Source of the DNA: Saprolegnia diclina VS20 | Taxonomy: Eukaryota | Assembly: GCF_000281045.1 (NCBI RefSeq) | Contig: NW_008246131.1 | Coordinates: 142,149-206,148, forward strand | Direction of reading: 5' to 3' | DNA: 64,000 nucleotides | In this document: positions 11,289 through 23,939 of the stretch, piece after piece | How positions within the stretch are numbered: the first letter of the stretch is position 1 | Layout: the number at the start of each line of letters is the position of its first letter | Notes under the pieces: model-generated | Databases searched by the model: none | What the model saw: the letters and a program-made list of their open reading frames with translations, nothing else | What the model was told of the DNA's origin: nothing | Translations under genes and position numbers: made by a program

Positions 11289-11750
11289 TTACGACATGGC
11301 GGCCCAGCTCTGCTCTACAATCTCGCGCACACGGCGGTTGTACTCGCGGCGGTTCTCTTGGAAGAGGCGCGCGGCCTCCGAGTTGGCGGGCGAGTTCGGG
11401 TTCGGGTCGCAGAGTAGCGACTGGATCGAGGTCAGGATCGCGGAAATGTCATAGATGGGGCTCCACTGGTTTTGCAAAATGTCGAGGCAGATCTGGCCGT
11501 CGTTGTAAATGTTGGGGTGGAACATCTTGGTCACAAACTTGACCGACGGCGCCTTGTTCGGGTAGTCTTCGCTGAACTCGAGGAGGAGGTTGAAGGTCCC
11601 GCCCTCCCACGGCGTGTCGTCCGGGCCAAAGATGACCGCCTGCCACACCATGATGTTGTTGTCCAGCGGCGCGCCCGAGACGCCCGACGGCGGGTCGTTC
11701 TGGAGCTTCCGGAAGTCGCGCATCAATCTTCGTCTCGCGGCCGTCGACAT
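11289..11750 (-). CDS. UBC2: Ubiquitin-conjugating enzyme E2, RAD6/UBC2 family
   Basis: [43 protein letters not shown] with catalytic Cys, and [10 protein letters not shown]. 153 aa. Confidence 0.97.
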   Translation of the reverse strand: MSTAARRRLMRDFRKLQNDPPSGVSGAPLDNNIMVWQAVIFGPDDTPWEGGTFNLLLEFSEDYPNKAPSVKFVTKMFHPNIYNDGQICLDILQNQWSPIYDISAILTSIQSLLCDPNPNSPANSEAARLFQENRREYNRRVREIVEQSWAAMS

Positions 11751-11787
11751 GCTTCTGTTCTCCCTCTGCGAGCGACTTGCTTTTGGC

Positions 11788-11885
11788 GAATGAGCTTCCA
11801 CAAAACTGGCCTCCGTATCCGGATACCATCCCCATCCGGATTCGCCGGGTGGAGCGAAGCTCGCTGCCGGATAGAAGTATCCGGC
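11788..11885 (-). promoter_or_regulatory. UBC2 promoter: Inr plus CCGGATA palindromes
   Basis: GCTCATTC Inr at 11788-11795 (minus). Perfect palindrome GTATCCGGATAC at 11815-11826. GCCGGATA-GAAG-TATCCGGC at 11866-11885. Confidence 0.5.
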
Positions 11886-12273
11886 GAGAGACACGGGGCG
11901 CGGTCTCGTTCTAGAAAACGCCCGGCGTCGGGTCTATGGCCGGCTGATGCTAGACGACGCCGAGAATGGAGATGCGAACAAGACGGCGACGCTGCGAGGT
12001 AGACCTTCGTCGGCAGAAATGGCGACCGCTTCCGGGGCCTGTATATGCTGGCGTCAGCGCAGGCAGAAACGGGCGATGGGAACCGACGCCAGATGGGTCC
12101 AACGGTACGACGTCCCACGTGGAAGAGGGCGATGGTCAACCAAAGTCTTGCAACGAGCAGGACGTCGATCGATCTGCTTCGGTCGCGTTCCCACCACCTA
12201 GCATCATCCAGCAGGCGACGAGATGCACAAGACGTGGGGATGTTGCGGAACGGGCTTTTTATTACGAGGATGG

Positions 12274-14595
12274 CTACGCTCGTGGAGTGCGCAGGTGCTG
12301 GAGGACGACGACAGCTCCGAACGCCAGGCCGAGCCCCAGCTTCCAGAGGTGGTTGGTGCTCTCGTCGGCGCGGTGGCGGCGCACGCGCCACTTGGGCGAG
12401 AGCGGCTGGTCGTACGAGAGCTGCGCTGCTTGTTGCCTTGCGTACCGAGGCGTAAAGCCCGACGGGCTCCGGACAAAGTGGCTGCGTGACCGGAGCTGCA
12501 TCGTACCATCCATTTCCTTTTCGATGATGCGGTAGAGCATGCTGAGGATCATCTTGCCGCAGTGCTTGATCATGGGCACCTTCTTCCACTCGATCGTAAA
12601 GTTGGACATGTCCTGGAAAGCGCGGCCTTGGACAAGAATCGGCCGCTCGGCATCCTCCATCGCTTGCGTCGGCAACAGTAGCGTCTCGCCGTTCTCAAAC
12701 ACCGAGGTCTCGGGCACTGCGTTATTCGCAATGACGTAGTCGATGACGTCGGTCCCGAGGTACTCGTTCAAGATGTCGAGCGTCTGTGGCAGCGTGTACC
12801 CGTCCGACTGCCCATTCTGCGTCGCGACATTGCTAATGTAGACGACAGCGCCCGAGGACCGCGCGATGGCTTCTTTGATGCCTATGCATGTTGTTGTGAG
12901 TGGTCGCTTCTCGATGAGCATGATTCAAGTACCGGGCACGAGAAGGGTCGCAATGATCGACGTGTAGAATCCGCCAGGTGCGATCAGGATGATGTCGGCG
13001 TCTTCAATCGCCTGGACTGCGGCAGGGTAGGCGTGGACGTTCTCGGCGTTCTCGAGGTACACACGCTCGATGGGCGCCGGCTTGTTGGGGTCGCGGACGT
13101 TGACTTCGGAAACAACGGTCGAGCCGTCTTGAAGCGTTGCGCAAATCTCCGACTGGTCGAGCGTCGCCGGTAAGACTTGGCCGCGAATGTTGAGGATTTC
13201 CGAGACCGATGCGACGGCCTTGTCAAACGACCCTTGGTGGATGTCGGTGAGGGCAGCGAGGAGGAGGTTGCCCAAGCTCGCGCCTTCCAGGTAGTTTTCC
13301 TGGAACCGGTAGTTCATGAGCTGGTGCATGAGTTGATCTGCGCAACACATGTTTGTGTGAGCCGAACATGCTCTTAGAGAAAGTGAATGATACCCGCATC
13401 TGAAAGGGCCACGAGGCAGTTGCGAATGTCGCCGGGTGGCAGAATTCCGAGGGACTTGCGCAGCGTTCCCGAGTGTCGCCCAGAGTCAAAGACTATAGGA
13501 GTGTTGATAAAACCCGGGTTCAATTTTGGTAAGAGTACCTGTGACGATTGCTGTGAGGTCGGCGGGATAGTCGCGCAGCGCTTTCAAGAGGACAGCGAGG
13601 CCCGTGCCGCCCCCAAGCGCAACGATGTTTGGTCGTGGTCGCCGCTCTTCGATGAGCTTCAAGATGGCCAAGAGCTGCTCGATCGTGGACATTTGGTAGT
13701 CTGGCTGCTCCATGTCGTCCGCAGGCATGGTTCGTGAGTACTTGCCGTATTTCTAGTCACCAAAATGGATGAGCGAGGAGCAAAGGATACTCATCGCACC
13801 ATGCGAATCGTGATGATGCCCAGCTGCTTGGCGGCCTTGAGCTCGGCAAAGACGCGGCGACCGACGAGCGCCATCTTGGAGATTGAGACCTTGAGCTCCT
13901 TGGCCATTGCTCGGATCACCTACAATGTTGCATGAGAAGGTGCTGGACGTTCTCGGATCGCAGACGTACAGGAAGCACTTTCGCTGTGTTGCCGTCGCCC
14001 GATAGGTTGCCCGAGGGCACGACCATGACGTGATCAAAGCAGGACGCGATTCCGAGCGCGTGGATCTTCTCCCACTGCGCTTCCATCGTTCCTGAGCACA
14101 GCAAACCCAGCTTGTACCTACGTAGTCCATGAGTATGGATCCGATACAGGCGCAGACGTGTACCCCATGGCTTGCAGTTCGTCCAGCGTATCGACCGTGT
14201 GAGGGAACGGAAGGATGTGCGGAGCACCGAGGACGAAGGCTCGTGCATTGTACGCGGTGAGGACGCGAGCTCCTGCGCCCTGGGTCAATTGCCCGGCCGA
14301 GACAAGGTCCTCGATGAAGCGCTGGAAGTTCTGGCGGTAGCCGAACGCTTCCCGGAACTTGCGCAGGGCGATATGGGCGTCGTCCCACGACTCGAATGCA
14401 CCTTCCTACGTATCATTGTCTTCGTCTTCCTTGGTGTCCGTCCGCGCCCCTTCCACCTACCTCGACGAGCTGCTTGGCCGCGCGCTCGACCGCGAGGAAG
14501 CTCAAGGTCCCCGTATGGTCGTAGAGGACGTCGTCGAGGAGGAAGACGATAGCTTCAACATTCCGGGACCTCGATCGCGTCTTGATCTTGGGCAT
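12274..14595 (-). CDS. Fusion of an N-terminal HAD-like domain with a YvcK/GlmR (UPF0052, CofD-like) domain and a C-terminal membrane anchor; multi-exon
   Basis: Spliced reading: [74 protein letters not shown] (HAD fold), then [73 protein letters not shown] (YvcK), then [13 protein letters not shown]. About 7 short GT-AG introns. Confidence 0.85.
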
Positions 14596-15228
14596 GTCTA
14601 CCTACGAGGAAGCTCCATGAGGCGCGGTCGTTCGCGTCCTCGTACCGCTGCGCTGCTGCTTCTTGGCAAAAGGAAAAATGCATTGAAGATCAACCTGCAG
14701 TCCGGATAGTTTTATACGTATCCGGTCACGACCAGATCCAATTTGAGTGGGGCACACACCGCCCGCCACCAGTGCACGCAGCCGACGACGCAACCCGCGC
14801 GCACCAGGCGACCATGGTCATCTCGCTAGACGGCAACGGCGACATGAAGACGCGCTCGACTGGTCCATGCAAGGAAGATCTTGATGGGGCTGGGCGAAGC
14901 CATCGCGATCTGCGATCCCACTCCTTGGATCTCGATGCCACAGTACATGATTTCGACTCAGCTATGGAGGTTACTGCGCTGCGATGCATGGCCACGCGTC
15001 GCTAGCCAACAAATGTGATGTACCTCGTGCACAGAGCCCAAGCAATGCAAGCGGGAACAAGCAAGCATGGTCGGACCATGGGAGTGGGTCCTGGGAAGCT
15101 ACTTCAACCATGGCCAGCAGATGCAGCGTCCTCGCTTGGTCCCACGCCGTCACAGCCACGAATGCGGCCGCTAGGACCACGGCAGCAGGATACGAAGCAA
15201 ACTGCAGCGTTCGTTCAGCTATTGTAGT

Positions 15229-18200
15229 CTACGCGGCCTTGGCCTTGGCCGCTGCACGACTTCGCTTGCGCTGAATGTAGGCGCGAACCGCGCGCGTGAC
15301 GAGCTGCAGCGCCATGATGCCAGCTGCCGATGTGTGCGTCGGTGGCACGGGAAACCCCAGTAGTGTCAAAATGAGCGGGTCTACACGAGGTGTAGCTACT
15401 AGCATGACGGCGATGCCAACGTACTGTCAAGACCACCGAGCACGAACGACTCGACGTTGACCTCGTCCTTGTCCGACTGCATGAGGCACTTGGCGTAGAG
15501 CTTGATAATGTCTTTTTCGTCTTTGGGCGACGAGCCGGCGGGGCGGCGTTCCGGGCGGGCTTTTGGAGGTCCAAGAAGAGAGCTCAAGGACGCCCGGCGC
15601 AGTGGCGAGTGCGGGCGGCTCTTGGCCTCGAGACTCGCGCTGCAGTGCGTGATGAAGGCCTTGAACTCGGCGTAGCTCAGACTCTTGCTGTGGTCCGTGT
15701 CAAACTGCTCAAAGAGCACGCGCATCTCCTTGGTCATGCTCTCGCGGTTGGCCTCCCAAATGCCGAGCACGAGGTCCATAAAGACCGAGAGCCCGACCAC
15801 GTAGAGGTGGTTGCTCACGACGCCCTTGGTGCGCGGGCACACGGTCCGCATCTCGGTGAACGTCGCGAGCCAGTGTTCGTCGCGGACGTGGGCATCCCGC
15901 GCGATCGCTTGCAGCGCCATCTTGGCCTTGGTCGCGAGGAGCGGGTGGAAGAGCTCTCGCGGGACAACATAGTCGGCGATCTGCGATCGATTCGGGGTGC
16001 TAAAGCGCAGGCAGAGCACCGCCGAGAGGTAGAACCGAAAGCAGCCCGCGGGCAATCGCTCGGTGATCTAGCATATAATCGAACGTAAGTCGAATGCACA
16101 GAGGAGGGTACGTGGCAAAAGCGGCAAAACGTGTACAGCCACGTGTCTTTGGTGTGGTACTGCTCGAGGGCTGTGATGAAGCCTTGCAGTCGCAGGGGCG
16201 TCGCTGCCCCAAACGATAACGTCATGTGCTCGACGACAAACTCGGCCAAGTCGTACTCGTCGACGTCTTCTTGGGCACAACGGATGTAGAGCTGCAGCAC
16301 AAACGGCCGAATGACTGCGATCGGCATGGGCTGGACGCTCAGATCGCGGGCTTTGATGAGCTTTTGCCAGTAGCGTGGCACGCGGAAGAACGCGTCGCGC
16401 TCGTGGTGCGGCAAGTTGAGGTGCAGAAAATGCACCGACGTCGCCACCTTCTTGTGCGCGCGCTGGTGCTGCAGTTGCTTCCAAAAGCTGAGGTGGTATC
16501 GAACGTCGGCGTCGTCCATGGCCAGAATGAGACGGCGCTCGTCGGTACTCAGGAGCTGACCTTTTGCCGATGTCGCCGCAATGAGGAGTGTTTCGTTGTC
16601 GACATTGCGCCCAAGCCACTCGGCAACGAGGTTGACGCGCCCGAGCGACGAGAGATGCAGCAGCGTCGTACGGTCGCTCTCGTCGGCCAAGAGGTACACC
16701 ATTTGCGTGCGTCGGTCTACACGACGGTTCTTCATACGAGTAGGATGGATAATATTGTCTATACCGAGCTTGACGATCGTAGTGAGGTCGTGTGTCGAAA
16801 GCCCCGCCTGCTCGAGGAGCCCGAGGTGGTCGATGTGAAACATACCGTTGCTCGACGTTGTTTGGTACCGCTCGGCGGTCAAGAAGAGCTGCGGAAGGCT
16901 GATTTCAGGTTCGCTCATCGTTCCCAGTGCTTCCTTTGCAGACGTTGGTAGCTCCTTCAAGGCCACATGTGGTGCTGGGCTCACAGCCGCGCCCTCGGTC
17001 TTGGACTGTAGAAGAAGGCTGCGCTGGCTGGTATGGTGCTGTGCAATGAGCGTACGCCGGTGCTCTTTGGAGACGCTCACGCGATTGGCTTTTTTCTGGT
17101 GCAAAGTGAGTGGCCGGCCGAGGTTGCGACTCGTCTCGCACTCGTCCTCCTCGTCGTCCTCCCCTGGGGTCTGGACATTCCGAGGCTCCTCCTACTGCAC
17201 TCAGTCTCTACAAGGTCACCATCGAATACTACCGTCGTCTCGAAGAGTCGCTGGTTCCACGCGAGCTCCATCGCGCGCTGCTTTTGGTTGACCTCGTTCA
17301 CATGCTTCCACGCATTGTACGTCCGCAGCACGTCGTCGACGTCGTCGGTCGAGAGGAGCTTGAGCATCTCGACGCACATGTCTTGGTGGTCCCAGCGCTG
17401 TTCACGGGTCCAGTCGGCGCCCGCGCCGCTCGGCTGCGCAAACGTGTCGAGCAGGTACTGCACGAGCGACACCTTGGTCGGTTGCGACAAGGCCACTTTG
17501 CTCGCAACGATCGAAGCACGCGCTTGCTTGAGCTCGAGGATCGCGTCGCGCGTCGTCGCCAGCGCGGTGGGCGCCGCCTCGGCGCTGCGGATCATCTGCG
17601 TAGCTTCGTCTTTCGAGACAGATCCATTGTTGCCATCGAGTGAGAGGACGTCGCTCGGTCTACACGAGCTACTTGCATCGCCAGGACCATTGCCATGGAT
17701 GTTACATGGTGAGCTGTGCTGGCACGTCGCGCTTTGCAGTCAGTGGGTCTTGAAGCTCGTAGAGGTAGCCAAAGACCAAGTCGAGGAGCTACGGACGTCA
17801 AGACAAACGCGACGACGACGAGAGATCTTCTGGCACCTGCCGCGGCGGGATCGTCGGCTCGCGTTCCAGGAGGTTGAATGCATACCGCTTCGCTAGCGTG
17901 TTGACGTCCGAGAGGAGCTGGAGCTTCTCGCAGTACGCGCAGGACGGCAGATACACGACGTTGGACGAGAAGCAGCGCTGACAGCGCGCTGGTGTCGAGG
18001 CTGCCTTCTTGGGCGACGCCAGAGACGGCAGCGGGTGCAACAGGTGGCTCTTGCGCAGATCGCGCTTGACCGCATCTTCGAGCGGATCCACAAACGACAC
18101 ACACTTGATTTGTGGTGACGTTGGGCCAATGCGGTCGAGCCCGGTGAGCGCGCGCTTCATCGACTCCTATCGAAAACACAGGTCCAGCGAGAGCGATGAA

Positions 18201-18357
18201 ATCATTCGCCTACGCTCAAGCCGCCGCCTTCCCGCCCGACGCGGAGGCGCGGGTTGTAAAACTCGAGCACGAACTCTTCGCGGCTCTGCGGTAACAAGAG
18301 GTTGGGCGACGACAGCGCGGGCTGCATCTTGCCGGGCTTCAAACGGCGCGAGTCCAT
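15229..18357 (-). CDS. Large multi-exon protein with Cys-pair motif, EF-hand and C-terminal IQ-like helix
   Basis: Consecutive minus ORFs (18202-18456, 17798-18160, 17077-17595, 15815-17104, 15399-16055) separated by short introns. CQRC..CAYC, EF loop DTDHSKSLSYAEF, last exon ..MALQLVTRAVRAYIQRKRSRAAAKAKAA*. Exon boundaries are approximate. Confidence 0.7.
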
Positions 18358-18736
18358 CGTGTTTTTATTTGAATAGGCCGTTTCATGCGCTACCGAGTGG
18401 CGCCAAGATCGTCGGATACATGAGTCTGGCTGGAGACACAATGAGTTTGTGAGCACCTACTAGGTACCTCTTGAATGGAGATCGAGGCTCGACCCACTGG
18501 TGGCTGTTACTTCTCCCACAGCTTGAGCTACCTCTTGCCCTCACGCCGAAGAAAACACGCACGAAGGGCGGCGTGTAGATGTCTTCTACTACACTGCCTG
18601 AGTTGATGGACGTGGTACGCCTTTGTGAGTCGTTTCCCAAGGGATTGCATCCAAAATAGAGGGGACGGTAGCTTGGCTGGCAGAGGGGTTACGTTTAGAG
18701 TCGGCAAAACGTCTTGGCGACACAAGCGGTGCAGCG

Positions 18737-20620
18737 ATGGTTCAGCGCATTGCGCCGTTGCCCGACCTCATCGCGCCGCGGCCTCGGCAGCGCTACCGCC
18801 AAGGACTCGTGCTGGCACTGCTCTACTTGGTCTTTGCGACGCTCGTGGCCGTCTGCACGCGCAAGCTGAGCTCGCTCGCCAACACGACAGTCTTTATGGG
18901 GCTCAACACGGCCACGTATACGACCAACAAGTTTGCGATTCCGATCACCGTGCTCCTACAAGGGACGACGACGTTGCACCTCTCGGCGTCGCTGCCGTTC
19001 GACGCCAAGCTCTCGCTGAGCACGCTCGTGTACGCGACGTGTGGGAAGCGCAACACGACGTGCGCCAACGGCTTCCAAAGTACGAGCAACCAACTATGGG
19101 GCCATGTGGCCAAAGCCCTCACGCTCATCCCAAATTTTGACGACCCCGTCTTCCAGGACCCGACGCTGACCGTCACGATCCAGCACATCAACAACATGAG
19201 TGGCTGGAACAAACCGATGGTGCAGATCTCGATTCCCGGCCACGCCATGGCCGTCACGTGCATGATCAAGCGAGCGACCTTTTACCGGTCGTCTGCGCCG
19301 CCGTCGACGGCCGAGGTCGACTCGATCGCGTTTTGCTCGACGCGCAAGTATGACCCAAACTGGATCTGCGAAAACGACGCTGCTTTGGACGCCAACACGT
19401 ACGCGATCCGCGCCAGCCAAGGCAAGGCCACGTACCTGGGTGTCGCGCCGCGCCGCGAAGTCTACTTGAACCCAAACTACCTCGCGACGTTCCGAAATGG
19501 CGCGACCGCGATGCGGCTCACGACCCTGACGTTCTTTGACGAGTACGAGCGCGGGATTCTGCGGACGCTCGCGCCGTGGGACGTGCTGCCCGAGTCGAGC
19601 TGCGCCTCGCTGAACGTCGAGACCGGTCTTGGCTGGCTGCTGCACACGCAGGGATTGGTGACGATGGTCTGGGAGAGCGACGCGCTCATGCTCACCAACA
19701 GCATCGTGCTCTGGCTGCTGACCGTGTACCTCGTGGCGCTGCAGCTCGTGTTTCTGCGACAAAGCGTCGTCTGCAGCGTGCCCGTCTACATGTCCAAGAC
19801 CGTCGTCGACCTCGCGATCCTCATTGTGAGCTTTTACGGCAACCACAACCTCCAGACGCTGACGACGTACTTGTACAAGCGGCCGAGTGCCGAGACGCCC
19901 GTGTACTACAAGTGGCTCGGCCCCGCGCAGCTCGCATCGGTGGTCGGTATCATGACCGGTCCGCTCATCCAGATGTGGTTCAACCCGCGACTGGTGACGC
20001 AAACGTGGCTGCTTCTTACCTTTAGCATCGTCAACTGGGTTCTGGTCTTTGTACTCGAAGCGTTTGTGTTTCCAGAAATGAGCAAGACCGTGCCAGGCCC
20101 GTGTGGGTACGCGACGTCGAGCAACTGCTTTAGCTTTGATGCGATCTACCGCACGTACTATCTCTCAGGTATCGCGTCCGGTGGCGTCGTCTTGGTTGCG
20201 ATTCTCTGCGTCTACGCGCACACGGCGTACGCTGCCAGAGTGCACAAGTCCTACGTCGTGCCGTCCACCAACTCGGTGCTCCAGTACCTTGAGATCACCG
20301 ACTTTTCCAGCATCCTCACGTCGCCGTACAGTCTCCTCGTGGCGACCGACGACGGCGCCGTGGGCATCGACAACGGCGTCCTCTTGGTGAAAAACATGCT
20401 CCAAGTCTCGGACGCGGTGCTCACGCGCACATCGAACGTCCAGTACGAGCTCGTCTACCGCTTCATTCCGACGGCGTTGCTGCGGACGATCTTTAGCCGC
20501 GCGATCGGCACCATTCGCATCGTCTCGATCGAGAAAAATCGGATTTTGCACCACTCGAGCTACAAGTACTTGCACGAAATGGCCTTGAACCAGCGCGAGT
20601 ACTCGCCCTACTACGCGTGA
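18737..20620 (+). CDS. Uncharacterised multi-pass membrane protein with Cys-containing N-glycosylated ectodomain
   Basis: 627-aa intronless ORF with strong codon bias. N-terminal TM, then about 280 aa luminal region with NxT/S sites, then several TM helices. Confidence 0.85.
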   Translation: MVQRIAPLPDLIAPRPRQRYRQGLVLALLYLVFATLVAVCTRKLSSLANTTVFMGLNTATYTTNKFAIPITVLLQGTTTLHLSASLPFDAKLSLSTLVYATCGKRNTTCANGFQSTSNQLWGHVAKALTLIPNFDDPVFQDPTLTVTIQHINNMSGWNKPMVQISIPGHAMAVTCMIKRATFYRSSAPPSTAEVDSIAFCSTRKYDPNWICENDAALDANTYAIRASQGKATYLGVAPRREVYLNPNYLATFRNGATAMRLTTLTFFDEYERGILRTLAPWDVLPESSCASLNVETGLGWLLHTQGLVTMVWESDALMLTNSIVLWLLTVYLVALQLVFLRQSVVCSVPVYMSKTVVDLAILIVSFYGNHNLQTLTTYLYKRPSAETPVYYKWLGPAQLASVVGIMTGPLIQMWFNPRLVTQTWLLLTFSIVNWVLVFVLEAFVFPEMSKTVPGPCGYATSSNCFSFDAIYRTYYLSGIASGGVVLVAILCVYAHTAYAARVHKSYVVPSTNSVLQYLEITDFSSILTSPYSLLVATDDGAVGIDNGVLLVKNMLQVSDAVLTRTSNVQYELVYRFIPTALLRTIFSRAIGTIRIVSIEKNRILHHSSYKYLHEMALNQREYSPYYA

Positions 20621-21274
20621 CGTAGCGAGAACTGGATTGTGTTGCAGCGAACACCCCATAGTACAGTTGTAGAATTAAAGAATTGCGTGTGTTTACCACC
20701 ATGTCATTCGTAGTACGGTGGGAAATTTGTGTCGATACAAGTCAGAACTGAGTGCCTGCCGCGGTTTGAACCAGCAACGATACTATGAGCGTCCACTGCG
20801 GCGTGGGCACTGGCATTTTGCCACCGACCAACGTCAGTCCCGTGCCTCTGGGTGCCCCCACATCCTTTCTAGGCCCGTCATCGCCATCATCAAACGCGTT
20901 TGCGTTGAAGTCCAATGAGCAGAAACCGACGCAAAGGCTTGGCGTATGTACATTCTGGTTGGTGTGTCCGTTTGGTTGTCGTTCGTTGTCTGTAGTTTCG
21001 CTACTAGTGCGCCTGATGCGTCCGAGGTGGCTTTGCCATTTTGGTATTCGGAGCTGTTGACAGAGAGATCGATTCTGTGGTGGACAAGGGTGGACCGCCC
21101 TGCCTCACCCTCAAGTCGTCGTATCTCATCAAACAAAGCTGGGCAGGCCACTAGGACGGCCGTAAAGTTGGTCGTATTTGCAGTTTGCACCAAGTGCCAC
21201 GTGGTGCGATGACGATGCTCTCTCCGCCTACGCAATCACGTGATTGGCCCAAAGGACCGCACACCCAAATTTAA

Positions 21275-22517
21275 ATGCCAGGCGACGCAGCGGCCAAGCG
21301 CGAACTCCAGCGCAACAAGCAGCGCGAGTTCCGCGCCAAGGTCCAGCACCAGCTCAGCTTCCTCCGCGACCGCGTTGCGACCCTCGAGACCGAGCTCCAG
21401 ACGCTCAAGCGCGACAAGGCGCTCGGGCTCTCGTGGGTCGACGTTGCACGGGCCATGCGCAATGACGTCAAGGTCGAGCAGCGCGCGACCAAGAAGCTCA
21501 AGGCGTCCGTGGCCGACCAAGCCGCCTTTCTCGAGGCTATGCTGCGCTGGGTCCACTCGCTCTACCCGGCCGTCGAGGTACTTTTTTGTGATCAGTGGAA
21601 CGTCGTAACACCAAGCATTGTGGTAGCGATCGCCGTCGGCGTATCCGCTCTGGTTCAACGTCGGTCTCGGCGGCAGCGACACGACGCGCCGCGCGGCCTT
21701 GGACTGGATCACGCAGCACATGTACTTCCACACGCCCACGGTGCTCTGCGCCGCGGGCTTTCACCCGACCGACCGGTTCCCGAGCCAGAATTTTGTATTC
21801 GACACGTCCAAAGGGTACAACGAGTACATTTACACGGACCGACGCTTCATTCCCGCGAGCTTGGCGCGGGTCTTTGCTGCGTACAAGCACCTTTACCACA
21901 CCAACTCGGTCGAGTTTGTCGTCGCGGGTCGCAAGGTCCTCGATCAAAAGGTGCTCCTCCTCTCATTGCACACGATATGAGGTGGCTTGTCTAGCTCTTT
22001 GGCGACGATTTTATCTACAGCCGGCGCAAGTCCAAAAAGGACGGTAGCGTCCACCGCGAGTTTGTCTCGGACCACCAGGTCGTGCACGTCCAGCACAGCG
22101 TTCACGACGACAGCAGGCACCCACTGGGCGCGATCCACCGCCACCGCACGACCTGGTATGCCTTGTTCTTTCAGTTTCTGGACATCTCAGATCTCGTCGC
22201 GCAGGATTGTGCTCGATGCGATCGCGCCAGATGTGGTCATGGAGACGCGGTACTTCCACAAGTCGCAAGCGTGGATGCGGGAGAGTGGCTACGTGCCCAT
22301 CGAGGTCGAGGCCGACCTCACGGGGTACTTCAACGAGTACAAGGCGGCCGTGGACCGCGATGACTTTGCCATGCTGCCGCTCTCGGTGCAAGAAGACCAG
22401 CTCCGACTCCATATGGCCAAGACCTATCCGCGCTGCATGAAGATCCTCAACTACGAACTCGATCAAGTGCTGCGGGAGCATGCTTCGCGCCAAGCTACAT
22501 CGATCGAACTCGTTTAA
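21275..22517 (+). CDS. bZIP-like protein with C-terminal START/SRPBCC-like region, paralog 1
   Basis: KRELQRNKQREFRAKVQHQLSFLRDRVATLETELQ, LSWVDVARAM, DWITQHMY, VQHSVHDD. Three short introns. Confidence 0.8.
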
Positions 22518-22638
22518 TTTGATGGCGTGATCGGGTGCGGGATACAGTCGTGTTAGCCGGCAGAAGAGCGATCATAAGGTGCAAGCTCGACCTGTTTCGA
22601 GGACCACGAGAGAAGGACGACTAGGCATGTGTATGGTA

Positions 22639-23939
22639 TTAGTACAGACAGCACGACGCATCCCGAGGTGGTGCCTCGATCGTCGCTGGTGGGTCCTCGA
22701 GGTCGAGTTGCTGTAGCGCCATTTCGAGCTCATTGTTGAGGGTTTGCATGCAGCGTGAGAGCGTCGACGTGACGTGCTGGCGGAGCTGCGCCTCTTGGAC
22801 CGACGGCGGCAGCATGTCGTAGTCGTCTTGGTCCATGTGCGGCTCCTCAAACACCCCCACGATGCGCGCTTCTTCGTCGACCGAGACGTACCCCGCGGCC
22901 TCGGTCCAGCTCTGCGATTTCTGAAACACTTTGGTCTCCACCACCATGTTGGGCGCGACAGCTTCGAGGACGATCCTAGTCCAACTTTTAGACGACATGT
23001 TGCATCAAATCGTAGCGTACCAGGCCATGCGGTGGCGGTGGATCGCACCCAGCGGGTGCTTGCTGTCGTCGTGGATGCTGTGCTGGACGTGCACGATCTG
23101 GCGGTCCGAGACAAACTCGCGGTGGACGACATTTTCGTTTTTGAATTCGCGCCGGCTGTAGATAAAGTCCTTCCCGAGCTCCTACAGCGCCATCAACCTC
23201 TTGGAGAACGAGGCCAAGAGCCGAGTACATCTTGGTCCATGACTTTGCGCCCGGCGACGACAAAGTCGACCGAGTTGGCGTAGTAGAGCCGCTGGTACGC
23301 GGCGAGCACCTTGGGCAGCGTCGCGGGGCAGTGGATGCGCCGGTCCGTGTAAATGTACTCGATGTAGCCTTTCGAGTTGTCGAAAATGAACGCCTGCGAT
23401 GGCGTCATATCGGTCGGGTGGAAGCCCATGTGCTGGAGCACACTGGGCGTGTGGTGGTACATGTGCTGCGTGATCCAGTCCAAGGCCGCGCGTCGAGACG
23501 CATTCGAGCCGCAGAGACCGACATTGTACCAGAGCGGAAAGCGCGACGGCGATCGCTACCGAGACGGAGTCGTAACGACGACAACGAGAGAGGAGGTGCA
23601 TGCACTGAGTACCTCGGGCGAGAGGGATTGGACCCACTTGACCATGGCTTCGAGAAACTCTGCGTGGTCCTCGGCTTGCAAAAGGAGCGACTTGCGCACG
23701 CCTTTGGTCGCGACGACGTCGGCCTTGAGGGCGCGCGCGACCTCGCACCAGGGCAGTGGAACCATGGCCTTTCTGGCGCGCGCGGCCCGCAGCGTCGTCT
23801 CGAGGTGGGTGACGCGCCCGCGAAGGAACTCGAGCTGGTGGTGGACCTTGCGCCGAAAGTCGCGCTGCTTATCGCGCTTGCGCACGCGCTGGGCGTCGTC
23901 GCACGACTCGTCCGAGGTCACGTCCACAGGGCTCGACAT
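22639..23939 (-). CDS. bZIP-like protein, paralog 2
   Basis: QRVRKRDKQRDFRRKVHHQLEFLRGRVTHLETTL, LPWCEVARAL, DWITQHMY. Same intron pattern as paralog 1. Confidence 0.8.

Noticed and set aside
14814..15274. Possible small two-exon plus-strand gene
   Set aside because: A plausible intron at about 14970-15034 exists, but codon bias is weak, there are no motifs and it overlaps the EF-hand gene 3' end.
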